Source: Sphyrna mokarran
Lineage: Eukaryota
Direction: 5' to 3'
Assembly: GCA_024679065.1 (NCBI GenBank)
Contig: JAGIQG010000026.1
Location: forward strand, 35,960,001 to 36,024,000
DNA: 64,000 nucleotides
Shown here: positions 26,023-38,649 of the stretch, piece after piece
Layout: the number at the start of each line of letters is the position of its first letter
How positions within the stretch are numbered: position 1 is the first letter of the stretch
Made by a program: the position numbers and the translations under genes
The notes under the pieces: model-generated
Seen by the model: the letters and a program-made list of their open reading frames with translations, nothing else
Database searches by the model: none
Told to the model about the DNA's origin: nothing

Positions 26023-26653
26023 AGAAAGAGTCTCCCACAAATTAATATTCACACCTTGAACATTATCAACACATCAAATTCAACCCATAGATATCTCCTT
26101 TCGCAATATCCTGCATTTTGTGGAGTAAACCAGGGATTTCCCATCTGGTCTTCAGCACATTCATCTCGAAACATTGCTTCCTATGATAATGCATTGATCA
26201 CCAAACCAAGAAGAATATTTCCATGATGAACTCTCTCTTCAGTTGTACTGTAATAGAATCCAGATAGTACCTGCTGCTATGTTCAATTTAAAATCAGTTT
26301 CTTATCTGAACTATTTTAGTTTACAGAAACAGTTGGTACACAAATTTTACCACTTTATGGGAATATTAATAATTAGGATGACAACATCCCTGATGCTATA
26401 AGATTTCCCCTAGAAGACCAAACCTAGAAATTAAACCTTAGAAGATTATTAGTGCAACAGTGAGAGTAAATAATTTATTCGCAGAGATCCACTAATTGCA
26501 GAGCTCTGCACAGGGAACAGGAGCCAAACTCTCAAGTTATGTCAAACAATAATTTTCTGACACCTTATCAATAATTTTATGTTCAGCAATAAAAGCATTA
26601 ATAAGGTGTTAACAAATTATCTCCAGCAATAAAAGTATTGGTCATTATGGCAA

Positions 26654-26960
26654 GGCACGGTGATACAGTGGTCAGTGTTGCTGGGACCTGGGTTCGATTC
26701 TCGGCTTGAGTCACTTGTCCACATGGAGTCTGCACGTTCTCCCCGTGTCTGCATGGGTTTCCTCCGGGTGCTCTGGTTTCCTCCCACAGTCCAAAGATGT
26801 GCCAGTTAGGTTGATTGGCCGTGCTCTATTGCGCCTTAGTGGTCTGGAATGTGTAGGTTAGAGAGATTAGCAAAGTAAATATTTGGAGTTATGGGGGTAG
26901 GGCATAAAGTGAGATTGTTATCAGCGCAGATTTGATTCTGTACTGTAGACTTTCTATCAT
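26654..26960 (+). mobile_element. HE1-like SINE in env
   Basis: GGCACGGTG...GGTTCGATTC plus core. Confidence 0.85.
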
Positions 26961-27347
26961 TTCTATCAAGTCTTGAAACCAATACTTCAAGACGATGATA
27001 GTTACCAATCCAAATAATCTAAAATGAAAATCAGTTCTTTGGGCATCAGAAACAGTTAATCCTGAGAACTCTGGTGAACAGGAATCGTCTCATCACTGAA
27101 ACATGCCCAGCCATATCCTTCTCTACCAGATTTCCCTTGTTCTCTACAATCTGAACACCCGCTGGTTCATCACTTATCCCTCTCATCCTCACCTAGGATT
27201 CTAACTAAATATTTTGCTCATCTTGTACCCAAGTTAGCTTCACTGATCCCTGTGACTGGGTGGACAAAATATCCCAAAATAACTGATCATCTCTCAGCAA
27301 AGTCAGTGTTGATAAAGAATCAGACAGAAAAGAACCAGACCATTTGT

Positions 27348-27870
27348 GTGGAACTCCTGAGATAAACCAGTCCAGGTATATTGCTACCTTGAAGCTTAAA
27401 ATCAAATTTATATTGACCTTGCTGATTTAAAGCAATAGGTCAGAAATCATTGCTAATATCCAGGTCAGTAAAATACCGCGCTGCTGGAGCCTGTTTCATT
27501 ATTGTCTGGGGGCTAGTTGTTACTGATGGTGCTGTCATTAACTCTCTTCAATCAATTACCAGTCTCTAAGAACCGTCTGGTGTCCTAACTGGCCAAATTA
27601 TCAAATTGTTTGTGGAAGCTACAGGTTGAAAAACACTTTGTTGCAGAAGATTTGTGATTACTTTTGCAATCTCTCCTTCTGTTTGTCCAGCCATGAGATG
27701 GATGATGAAGGAACAGTGCTCCGAATGTTTGTGATTCCAAATAAACCTATTGGACTTTAACCTTTTCTATTTGTTTGGGGAAATCACACTGCCTTTGAGC
27801 TTTTGGGACAGAGATCTCAATGATTATTTCTCCTCTCATTTGATCACAGTTATGCTTACTCATTGTAAAT
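27348..27870 (-). pseudogene. ERV reverse transcriptase N-terminal half
   Basis: SKHNCD..QRQCDFP / IWPVRTPDGS*RLVID*REL / YFTDLDISNDF*PIAL..QYKFDFKLQG / YTWTGLSQEFH, then an abrupt join to integrase-tail-like KWSGSF..DSLS; a PLE fragment is inserted at ~27700-27775. Confidence 0.9.
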
Positions 27871-27999
27871 GTTTGGCAATAATGTCTTCTATTATTAAAT
27901 CATCAAACATATCAGTAGGGTTAGGACAAAATTGCCCAACTGTACAAATCCCTATCTGTGTAAATACCTGAGGATGACTCAAGTGGTTCTTCATTTGTA

Positions 28000-28300
28000 T
28001 TGGCAATAATTTGCCAAATCAAAAGGCAGATTGCATTGACTCAAAATCGGAACTCAAAATGTGCTCTGTCATTCGGGGAATAAAGCTGGGTGGCAACAAA
28101 CTACATCCATCTTAAATCTATCAGGTCCATTCCAAACCCTTATAAATGTCTGTTAAATCCACTGAAAATCGTTATCTCTTTCTTTCACCAAGATAAATGA
28201 ATATCTGTGGATGTGTTAAGGGAAGTGTAAGAATCCCCAGTATCCTATAGGAATTGGAAAGGCATCCTCTGCGCCCCCCCGCCCAAACTGGCCTTCTACC
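28000..28300 (-). pseudogene. ERV aspartic protease
   Basis: FL*DTGDSYT (DTG at 28244-28236), flap SGF, EHILSSDF. Confidence 0.8.
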
Positions 28301-28379
28301 ACAGGTTTCATGCTGCAGAAGCCAGGGATTCAAATCCAATAACTGTGAATAAAGACAAGTAATCTCCTCCACTTCCCTT

Positions 28380-28816
28380 ACTGGAGCCTGCCGCACTGGT
28401 CCCTCTAGTGACAAAGTTTGATATCCCTGTCCTGATTCCTGTCCTGCTCCCAGGAAAGTTTGATATCCCTGTCTGTGTGGGTATTGGCAAGGTGCTCTAC
28501 ACTCCTGAGCAAAGTGACTCATTCGATCACAGTTATAAGATTGGTTCGCCTCTATCTCTACCCACAGGAATTATATATGGAGGAGGATCTGAAACTGGCC
28601 CAAATTCCTCTGACTCTTTTCCTTGTAACTGCTCTAAACATCTGCCCTATTAAGTTTAGAAGCTTGCTTCCTTTGCACGCCAAAAGCTTCTTCCCAACAT
28701 CTCTGGCCTATGGATCCCGAACCCGGTACCAAATTACTACAACGCTTGACCCACTTGGATCACTTCTAGTTTAGATACTTTCTTAACATGGCTTCCCATT
28801 CTTGGCAGGCCGCCAT
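28380..28816 (-). pseudogene. ERV gag remnant with zinc knuckle
   Basis: MAACQEWEAMLRKYL start; SYNCDRMSHFAQEC = CX2CX4HX4C with first Cys TGT>TCT; capsid apparently deleted; in-frame 42-nt-period duplication (QGYQT x2). Confidence 0.75.
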
Positions 28817-29181
28817 TCTCTACACTTTGGCTTCGTCTAAGGGAGGCGAGCAGTTTAGGGATCTGGCTTTCACTACGTTTTCACTCTGAGTCGAAGGCAT
28901 ATCAGAAACGCGCATTGCACTCCTCTGCCACTCAAGGAGATAGCCTTTCTCATGGGTTACCTAGAGTTTACCCTTATCCCTCAACTAACTTAATTTCACT
29001 TCACAAATTCTGCTGTTTGTTAGTCACACCCGGTTTCTTTTCAATTGTTGGCCAATGCACCTCTGTCCCTGTTCATCCAATTGAATCCTGGCCATCTTAA
29101 TACAGGCTCAGGCTGGATGTCCAAGAGTATGTGAAGTTTTAGTGTTCGATTTCAGAGCAACTTCAGCTGCTTCTTACCAAT

Positions 29182-29197
29182 GCCCACCCAGGACCCA
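29182..29197 (-). other. Primer-binding site, tRNA-Asn-like
   Basis: Minus strand ...CTAACA TTT TGGGTCCTGGGTGGGC versus tRNA-Asn complement TGGCGTCCCTGGGTGGGC (two 1-nt deletions), directly after the LTR-terminal CA. Confidence 0.75.
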
Positions 29198-29200
29198 AAA

Positions 29201-30550
29201 TGTTAGCCAACTGGAATACTTAAACCTTTTTCCCAGATATTTCCCCCTTGTGTGACCAACAAAAGATAGACTATTGACTGAGATTTCACTCTTTATTTAG
29301 CATTTCAGGTACCAGTGCTCAATGTAAATCTACATTAGTCACATCACTTAGTTTAACTTACTCAACTTAAATCCATTTAACTTCAACCTTAACTTTTAAC
29401 TCATTTAACTTTAAACTTTTTAACTCCAATTTAACTTTAAAAGTTTAACTGATTTAACTTTTAAGTTTTGACTGAAAACAACCCACTTGAGCGAACTGGC
29501 CAGGTCTCTATGAATCTTCCTCATACATAGTTCTTTATTCTTCTCTCAAAGACGATCTTCGGGCAAACATTGGGAATGTAATCCTTGAGTTTCCGCTGAG
29601 GAAAAAGACACGAAGTACCTCTTTTATTGTGGTAGGGAAAACCCAGGGAGTGTGGAGCACGGCAGGAGAAGAATGTATGGAAAAGATTAAACTGAAAGCA
29701 CTGTTGCATCCACACCCACTGCAGGCAGACACATGACAAATTTTTAATAAGTACATCTCAGACGGTACCAGGTGTGATCATTACAGCAACAGTAAGAAAA
29801 TTGACATCACTTAACAAGACTCAAAAAAAGTCGAGAAGAGCCATTGTGCCTCTGGAAAACTAATCAAGTATGAAAGCATGCAGGATCTGTAAGAAATGAT
29901 CAAAAACAGAACTGTAACCAATTTAAAATAACAATCTGATGACCTAAGTGAAATGTAACACTTTGTAACGCAAAAAGATATAAGAATACACAAGAGCCAA
30001 CAATCAGTAAAGTAACTCAGAACAAAGCTGTAGTTACAGCCACGAGTTCTCTCTCCCTCATGCATGTTGAATAAAGCCATTTTTGTTGAGGTTCTACACG
30101 GTCTCCGAAAACTCCGTTTGTTCATTCCCTCCTACATTTATCCCAAACGCTGCACATTCTTCCAGGAGGCCCTCAGCCAATGATATCGCTGGAAACTGAT
30201 CACAATGTTCGATTATAGTCAACGGAACATAGACAACTCTCAGATGTTTACACTAAGTGCATGTGGGTCACATAGCCTCACCGTATATGGACTATAGAAA
30301 CAGCACTGGGATGTCTGACGTTCTTACTTGGGGTCAGCACAGGAGGTGTCAGGTCACATCTCCCATGACAGTTCATGACTTGCTGCAGCTTTCTCCGACC
30401 AGTATCAGTGTTTAATACAAACTAAACCAAAATTCCCAGCATGCTTGATTGTAGCTCTTAACTATTCTCGTTATTGGTTTTGTCGTTGGCCATCCAGCCA
30501 CAGGACTAAGGACAACAGTGACCCCCACCAAACCACACCGCCCTCGACAT
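29201..30550 (-). mobile_element. 5' LTR of the ERV (interrupted)
   Basis: Ends in CA just before the PBS; minus-strand AATAAA at ~29292 and ~29534; outer end uncertain. Confidence 0.6.
29628..30136 (+). mobile_element. 509-bp solo LTR with 5-bp TSD
   Basis: TGTGGTAGGGAA...TTCCCTCCTACA (10/12 inverted match); TTTAT at 29623-29627 and 30137-30141; TATAAG 29979; AATAAA 30070. Confidence 0.85.
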
Positions 30551-30899
30551 CTAGGTGTTGGTGTGAGCCATTAGTCACATTAATGAAGTCCCCCATCTGG
30601 AGTCTGTATGTATCACCTTCCAGAAAACAATGTGAGATCCATTTCTGCCCTTTGTGAGCAATTCATTCAACCTCACCAGAGTCCAGCTTCCCAACCACTC
30701 AGTTTTCCCTTGCCCCTCAATTGTTTGCCATCCTCCCCTTTCCCTTTGTCTTCCACAAGAAAATGCAGCAAGAGTGGGTCATCAGGCCCTTCAAGCCTGT
30801 CCCATCATTGACTCACTCATGGTTGATCTGTGCCGGCCTCAATGCCTCTTCTGGAACAGTTCCCCATAGCCCTCTATCGCTTAGTAATTAAACAATTGG

Positions 30900-31890
30900 A
30901 GAACTTCCTCATTAACATCCCTGTTCTCAATGATAGCAGAGCCCACATTCCAACTATTGAAAACTTGTGCTTCAGAACCAGCCAGATTATTCAGGCATCT
31001 ACCTGACAATCTGGAAAATTACCCAAGTCTATCCTGTCCGCATAAAGCTGGGTAAATCCAATCCAGCCACTTACCACCCCGTCAGTCACCTCTCAATCAT
31101 CAGCAAAGGGATGGGAAGCGTCACTGCTTCCATAACAGCACTTACACAGCAATAAACTGCTCACTGGTGCTCAGTACAGCTTCTCGCAGGATCACTCAGC
31201 TTTGATCCAAACATGGGCAAAAGAACTGAACTTCACAGGTCAGGTCAAAGTCACTGCTCTTGAGCTGATGGCAGAGCTTTATCGAGTGCGGCATCAAGGA
31301 AAGCTAACAAAACTGAAGCTAGTGGGAGTCAGAGTAAACTTTCCGCTGGTTGGAGTCATACCTGGCACAAAGGAAGATGATTGTACTGGCTGGAAGTTAA
31401 TCATTTTGGTTCCAGATTGTCGCTGCAGGCAGTGTTCTCGGACTAAGTTCAGTCCTTTCATCAATGTCCTTCCTAGATCAAAGGTCAGAAGTGGGAACTT
31501 GCAGGACAAAGCAGCTCACTTGATTTGCATCCTATCCACTACCTTAAACAGTCATTTCCACAGTGCAGTTTGTACTATCTACAAAATGCGCTGCAGTAAA
31601 TTGCCCAGGCTCCTTTAACAGTACCTTCCAGACCCTCACTCTTCACCATTGAGAAGGACAAGAGGAATTGACACCATCGCAATTTTGTGGAGCTATATCA
31701 CTGTTCCTTCACTGTCGTTGGGTCACCTACCCCCATCCCTATCAGCACTGTGGGCAGACCTACATATCAACCCCAGACAGACTGCATCAGTTCACGAAAG
31801 TGAGTCACCATCACCTGTATAAGAGCAATGGAGGGCGGTAATAAAATGTTTGTCCTTGTCAGCAATGTTCTCACTCCATAAATGGATAAG
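30900..31890 (+). mobile_element. CR1/L2-type LINE, decayed
   Basis: IWKITQVYPV..KSNPATYHPVSHLSIISKGM; same family as 50320-51500. Confidence 0.7.
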
Positions 31891-32558
31891 ACCAGTTCTC
31901 TGCTACACCAGCAGCTGTGATAGGTCAGATTTTCAATGGGGAGTCTCAGTTAATGGCTAAAAGAAGGAGTGCTGAGATGCTGGGATATTTTGCTGGCCAC
32001 TGTAGTTAGAATGGGTGGAGCAGGAGTGGGGGACTGGCTGCACTGACATAGACTAAAACAACATTTGATGAGTACAAGGGATTTAATGGGATTGAGGGTT
32101 ATAGATAGACCTGGTAGATAGGGATATGATTGGTGCAACTTGTGGGCCGTAGGGCGTGTTTGTCTTGTAGTGTTCTATGTTCTATGTTGCATATCATGAG
32201 AGACTGGAAAAGGTGGGGGAGGGATTGGGAAGAGAGTCTGGCACCTGGGTAGATCATGGGCAGAATTCTCCCAGGGTCTCACCAGTGGGCGCGAGGCAGA
32301 ATTCAACAGTTGTTCAAACATCAGTTTTATATCAGCGTGAATTGCCCCTGAGATCTTCTGCCAGTGCCGATTGGGAAAGCTGCTGGGGCCCAGCATCAAA
32401 CTGATCCCATTAATGGAGGCCCAATAGGAATCCTCCCACCCAATTCTCTGAGATATCAGCAGGGTGATACCCTGGTCCAGAATATGTCTGGAACAACATG
32501 GAGTGCAGGAATCAGGACTAACCAAACAGTGCCTGGGGCTTCTTATGGCTGTTAAAAT

Positions 32559-32848
32559 GGGGCAGTGGTTAGCACTCAGCACTGCCTCACTGCGACAGGG
32601 TCCCAGATTTGAGTCCCAGCTTGGGTCACTGTCTGCGTGGAATTTGCACATTCTCCCTGTGTCTACATGGGTTTCCTCTGGGTGCTTCGGTTTTCTCCCA
32701 CAGTCCGGAAGACATGCTGATTAGGTCTGCTGGCCGTGCTAAATTCTCCCTCCGTGTACCTGAACAGTGCTGGGGTGTGGCAACCAGAGGATTGTCACAG
32801 TAACTTCATTGCAGTGTCAATGTAAATCTACTTGTGACAATAATAAAT
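32559..32848 (+). mobile_element. HE1-like SINE
   Basis: Head plus core plus AATAAA tail. Confidence 0.85.
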
Positions 32849-33279
32849 ACATGTATAAAAATAAATATCTTAGAGTTTGGGATGTAGTTTGCCAACAGGC
32901 CTGGATCCCAGAACACCACAGCAGTAAGGGTTGGGGAAGGCAGGGCATCTATCAAGTGGAGCAGTGCCAGGAGGAGATCCATTTTCCAGCCTCAGAAAGT
33001 TTCTGGAGGTCTATTTTCTAATTCAGGAGTTCCGCTTCTTTTTTCAATAATGGGTCAGTGATGATGAGTCTCATTTCAGTAGGGCAGGTATGACGGTGGG
33101 AAGCACACTGTCAAATCACCCCATCATAGAATATGCCCCTAAACCCCACGGGGATGTGGGCTGGAGAATATGGTCCCTCTGGTCTCCGCAGCAAGAAATA
33201 CTCTCTGTTCCCACCCCTGCCACAGGACTTAGTCCCAAATGGGAGATTTCCACCAGTGTTTCATTGTGTTAACAGAATC

Positions 33280-34362
33280 CATCTCCAAACACATCTCCAA
33301 TCTCCGTGGCCTGGGCCTCGGCTTCTCTCTCTCTGCAACTGGATCCTGAATTTCCTCACTCACATACCACAATCAGTAAGGATAGGCAACAGTACCTCCT
33401 CCATGATCATCCTCAACATCCCCACAAGGCTGTGTTCTCAGCCCCCTACTATACTCCTTATACAACAATGACTGTGCTGCCAAATTCCCCTCCAAGTCGA
33501 TTTTCAAGTTTGCTGACCCCACCGCCGTAGTGGGTCGGATCTCAAACAATGATGAGACAGAAGTACAGGAATGAGACAGAGAATCAGTTCACCAGAACTG
33601 ATGATGCGGCAACAATAATCTCTCCCTCACTTTCAACAAAATGAAGGAGATTGTCATCGACTTCAGGAAGCGTAAGGGAGAACATGCCCCTCTCTACATC
33701 AACGGGGACGATGTAGAAAAGATCGAGAGCTTCAAGTTTTTAGATGTTCAGATCACCAGCAAACTGTCCTGGTCCCCCCATGCTGACACTACAGTTAAGA
33801 AAGTTCACCAATGCCTCTACTTCCTCAGAAGACTAAGGAAATTTGGCATGTCCGCTACAACTCTCACCAACTTTTACAGATGCACTGTAGAAAGCATTCC
33901 TGCAGATTGTACCACAATTTGGTATAGCTCCAGCTCAGCCCAAGATCGCAAGGAACTATAAAAAGTTGTGAATGTAGCCCAATCCATCACGCAAACCAGC
34001 CTCCCATCCATTGACTCTGTCTACACTTCCCGCTGCCTCGGCAAAGCAGCCGGCACAATTAAGGACTCCATGCACCCTGGACATTTTCTTTCCACTTCTT
34101 CCGTCGGGAAAAAATGCAAAAGTCTGAGGTCACGTACCAACCGACTCAAGAACAGCTTCTTCCCTGCTGCTGTCAGACTTTTGAATGGACCTACCTTGCA
34201 TTAAGATAATCTTTCTCTATACTGTAGCTATGACCGTAACACTACATTCTGCACGGTCTCACTTCCTTCTCTATAAACGGTATACTTTGTTTGTGTAGTG
34301 TGCAAGTAACAATACTTTTCACTGTTATGTTAATACATGCAACAGTAATAAATCATATCAAA
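33280..34362 (+). mobile_element. Rex1/Babar LINE 3' part
   Basis: MKEIVIDFRK..PLYING..FKFL..LSWSPH..KKVHQCLYFLRRLRKFGMS..RTNRLKNSFFPAAVRLLN; AATAAATCATATCAAA tail. Confidence 0.9.
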
Positions 34363-35456
34363 GAATCTTTGTCAATTATGAGAGGCTGGTGAAGTGATGT
34401 GGTTGGATTGGGAATAACTTCAGTTGGGTATCAGTTTTGGCTTTTTCTAAATTCATGAAACACACAAATTTCCATTTGAATCATTGGTATTTTGTAGAAT
34501 CTTTAGGTTATTTTGTATTTTCTATGTGTATCAGGCACTGCTCATTATCGTACCGTATGCTTGCCCTGAATTGCTTCCTTTGCTGTCACCCAGTGGCTGC
34601 CACGGGAACTGCAGGTGGAGTGAAAAATAAATCAGAGGCACACAAAATTCAACCTTACACAAAAAGAAATAGATCTGATGGTAAAATAATTATTCAGCGA
34701 TACTGGACAAAGCCTGGATAATTACACTCACAATTCTTGGCGAGACTTTTGTTGTAAAATCTTAAATAATAGTGCACAGTTTGGAGAGAAGACAGTCATA
34801 TTTATATCGAGTTTGAGTAGATTTGAAAATAACGCCAATTTTTGCCCAGAAATAAATAATGATTTAAAGGGTAGGGATAGGGGAATTGTTTTTTTCCAAG
34901 TCCCCTGGCAGATTTGGGTTTTATCTGAGGATGTTCGTGGATTATTCTGGAAATTTAACCCAGAACCACTTAGACTTGCAAGGAGCAGGTGTTTAGCCCA
35001 AAAAGGCAGTTGCACAGACAAGACTAAGGATTCTGGAGTGAAGATGCTTTATTAAAGGGCTCTTTAGCTCGCAGTAAACTTTGATCTCAGCGTTCACCTT
35101 CTCGCTTACCCTGCTCAGAATGATATTAAGCTGTGAGTAGAACGGAAGGACTCAGAATCATTATTCAAGGGCTGTGTGTAAGCACCCGGCCTACATATCG
35201 GGCTTTAAGATTGTATGAAAAATGCTTCTTGTTTTCGTCCTTTGGTGACCAATCTCTAGATGATATTCCCTTCATCCCCTTGCTGGTGGAAGTATTTTTT
35301 TCCATGGTTACTGTACCCATTCAACATTTTATCTTGATCATGCTATAATGCTCTAAAGTCCAGGGAATACAGGCTAAGTTTATGCAATCTAATTTAATCT
35401 CCTAGGATTGGATATCATTCTGTTGCACCCTTCCAGGGCTGATAATCGATATATAG

Positions 35457-35810
35457 GGGAGGCATGTTGGCACAGTGGTTAACACTGCTGCCTCACAACA
35501 CCAGGGACCCGGGTTCAACTCTGGCTTTGGGTGACTGTGTGGAGTTTGCACATTCTCCCTGTGTCTGTCTGGGTTTCCTCTGGGTGCTCTGGTTTCCTTC
35601 CACTGTTCAAAGACATGCAAGTTAGTGAATTGACCATACTAAATTTCCCATTAGTGTCCCAACCAATGAAAATTTGATAGCCATAGCGAATATGTGGGGT
35701 TATGGGGTAGGGGAGGAGAGGGCCTTGGTAAGATACTCTGTTGGAGAGTTGGTGCAAACTAGATGGGCTGAATGGCCCCTTCTGCACTGTCAGGATTTTA
35801 TGATTCTATA
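35457..35810 (+). mobile_element. HE1-like SINE
   Basis: Full head/core/tail. Confidence 0.85.
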
Positions 35811-35949
35811 TCCTTCCTCAGGGATGGTGCCCAAAATTGAATACAGCACTCCAGCCTGACCAAGGTTCAATGTAACTGAAACAATAGTTAACTCCAATGA
35901 CAATGGAGATCACAGTGAGCTCCATGGAGCATCTCATTGCAGATTTTTA

Positions 35950-36210
35950 TTAGAACATAGAACATTACAGTGCATTACAGGCTCTTCAGCCCTCAATATT
36001 GCACCAACCAGTGGAACGAATCTAAGGACCCTCTAACCAAAATTATTCCAATATTATCCATATGCCTATCCACTGACCATTTGAACATCCTTAAAGTTGG
36101 TGAGTCCACAACTGCGGCGGGCAGGGAATTCCACGCCCTTACTACTCTCTGAGTAAAGAACCTACCTCTGACATCCGTCCTACAATTATCACCCCTCAAT
36201 TTAAAGCAAT
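35950..36210 (-). mobile_element. CR1 LINE 3' end
   Basis: DVRGRFFTQRVVRAWNSLP..FKWSVDRHM. Confidence 0.85.
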
Positions 36211-37684
36211 TGGCTGAGGATATCAAGGGATGTGGACCACAGGCAAAGATATGGAGTGAAGTGTACATCAGCCCAAACGTCTAATTGAATGATGGAACAG
36301 GAATGAGGGGCTGAATGGCCTTCTCCTGTTCCTATTTTCCTAAAAGATTTGTGGATTTTAGGTTGCGTTGTTATCCATTTAAGACATTTTGTACTTCAAC
36401 CCTATGCCAAGCAACTTCAGATATCTTGCTCTGGCTCTGAAGCCAAAGTTTTCATCATATCTCCTGGTCATAAATGTGATGATCTTGGTGTGGGGGGGTG
36501 CTGGTTGGTGGGGGTTGGGTGTTTCAATCTGAGGTTTTTAAAATTTAATTTGTGGAATGGGGCCGTTGCTGGCTTGGTCAGTATTCACTGCCTCTCCCTA
36601 ATGGCCCTTGAGAAGATGGTAGTGTGCTGGTTTCTTGCCATTGGGACAGAGTTCTGTACACCGTATGGACTGCAGTGGTTGAAGAAGGCAGCTCACCACA
36701 AGCAATTCAAGGTCTTTTTAAAAATTCTTTCATAGATCTGAGTGTCAGCATTTGTTATCCTCGAACTGAGTGGCTTGCTGCTGTCATTTCAGAGGTCAAT
36801 TAAGAGTCAACCACACTATTGTGGTTGCCAAATCAGATAAGGAGGGCATATTTCTGTGAATCAGATGGGTTTCAATAACAATCATTGGCCTTTTAATTAA
36901 GAGGTTTTTTTTTAATTCAGATTTCACCATCTGTCATCCATTTGAACCTGGATCCCCAGAATGCCTTTAGATTACTAATCCGGTGAGAATACCACTATGC
37001 CACTACCTCTTTTTTGAAATCCAAATACTACATCTATTGCTTCCTTTTTATCCATCCTGCTTGTTACATCCTCAAAGAACTTCAATAACTTTTGTCAGGC
37101 ACAGCTTCCCTATTGTTAAACCATGTTGACTCTGTCTGATTATATTGTGATTTTCTTCATGTCCTGTCACTGCTCCTTTAGTAATTATTCTGGTATCTGC
37201 CCAGATGTCAGCCTATCATTTCCTGCTTTCAGTCTCCCTCTTTTCTTGAGCAGGATCAAGTTTCCCTTATGTTTCCAGTTTTCCAATTCATTGGGATCTT
37301 GCCTGAACCTAAGAAATTTTGAAAAATTAGAACTATTTCTTCCACTTTCTCTGCAGTGAGGAGAGAACAAAGAGTGATGGAGCAGAAAGCAAGGAGAGAT
37401 TAAACGACAAATGACACGAGTTGTGAACAAGATGAAAGAAACATGTGTCCAACAGAGTATGGTATCCAACGTGGATCCACGCGTTTGCAGCAGAGTAACA
37501 GAGAAGGAGATGGAAATAAGGGAAATCTGACAAGCAGCTTCTGTATTCCATGAATGTGATGGAGATTGGTAGGCAAACTCCAGGACCTCTTTGCCAGCCG
37601 ATAGGAATAAATTCAGTTCGGTAATGAAAGCATTGTCATTGACAATCACAAGCACTGCTCTACCACTGCAGCTAATAGAATCCA

Positions 37685-37950
37685 CCGAATAGAATCGTTG
37701 AATCCCTCCAGGCAGAAGGAATTCATTCAGCCATCGAGCTTGCACTGCCAACAATCCCACCCAGATCCTACACTGTAACCCTGTATATTTCCCCGTCACT
37801 AAGGGGCAATTTAGGATGACTTATCCATTTAACCAGTATATCTTTGGAGTGTGAGAGGAAACCAGAGCACCCAAAGGAAACCCACACAGGCACAAGGAGA
37901 ATGTGCAAACCCCACACGGACAGTGACCCGAGGCCAGAATTGAATCTGAG
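37685..37950 (-). mobile_element. HE1-like SINE
   Basis: Reverse-complement core and tail. Confidence 0.8.
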
Positions 37951-38139
37951 TTCTCCTTCTCGCTATGCTAATCATTTCATTATTCTTCAGTTCTAAGAAC
38001 GACACAATGTATGCTTGCTAGATCTAAGAATTTGGAAATCTGAAATAAAAGCAGAAAAATCACGATAAAATTTAAGCAGCATCTGTCAGAGAAACAAATT
38101 TAATGTTTCAGGTTTGCTGATCTTTCATCTCAACTGGAG

Positions 38140-38470
38140 AATACTGAAAAGCCGGGATAGAGCGGAGGTGGTTCCATGAATAGAAGAGACTGGGATCTGA
38201 GGGCACAGCCTCAGAGTAAAGGGATGATCCTTCAGAACAGAGATGAGGAGGAATTTCTTCAGCCAGAGGGTAGTGAATCTGTGGAATTCATTGCCACAGC
38301 AGGCTGTGGAAGCTGGATCATTATATATAAATATATATAGGTTCTTGGTTGGTAAACGGATCAAAAGTTACAGGGAAAAGGCAGGAGAATGGGGTTGAGA
38401 AACTTATCAGCCATGATTGAATGGCAGAACAGATTCGATGGGTCAAATGGCCCAATTCTGTTCCTATACC
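38140..38470 (+). mobile_element. CR1 LINE 3' end
   Basis: FRTEMRRNFFSQRVVNLWNSLPQ. Confidence 0.85.
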
Positions 38471-38649
38471 TTTTGTCTAAATCAGAAATTTAATAGTTCA
38501 TTCGCAAGTGTTGCATTTTAAAAGAAACTTTTAAGTTTCTAATTTTATCTCTCAAATCTAAAAACAAATTCTGAAAAGTTACAAATCGCTCAATCTCCCC
38601 CCATGATTTTGAGTCGAAAAAATGAACGGATAGGAACTATTATTTGAAT

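Larger units (their letters stand above)
25310..27050 (-). pseudogene. ERV env remnant, interrupted by two SINEs
   Basis: CNITNATFCFKPQIPTRIGC / FNITNDLNEMLSNY..LLPENLIRVKAKL / NW*SDLWDLG / LSHMLQMLIILC: NxT sequons, helical segment, Trp-rich membrane-proximal motif, hydrophobic tail; lies 3' of the integrase tail. Confidence 0.6.
25260..30550 (-). mobile_element. Internally deleted endogenous retrovirus (LTR-PBS-gag-pro-RT-IN tail-env)
   Basis: Ordered retroviral motifs on the minus strand (see sub-features); many stops and frameshifts; 3' LTR not found; outer boundaries approximate. Confidence 0.85.

Noticed and set aside
37185-37799. Longest ORF in the track (204 aa)
   Set aside because: Runs across SINE and LINE fragments; chimeric and without domain features.
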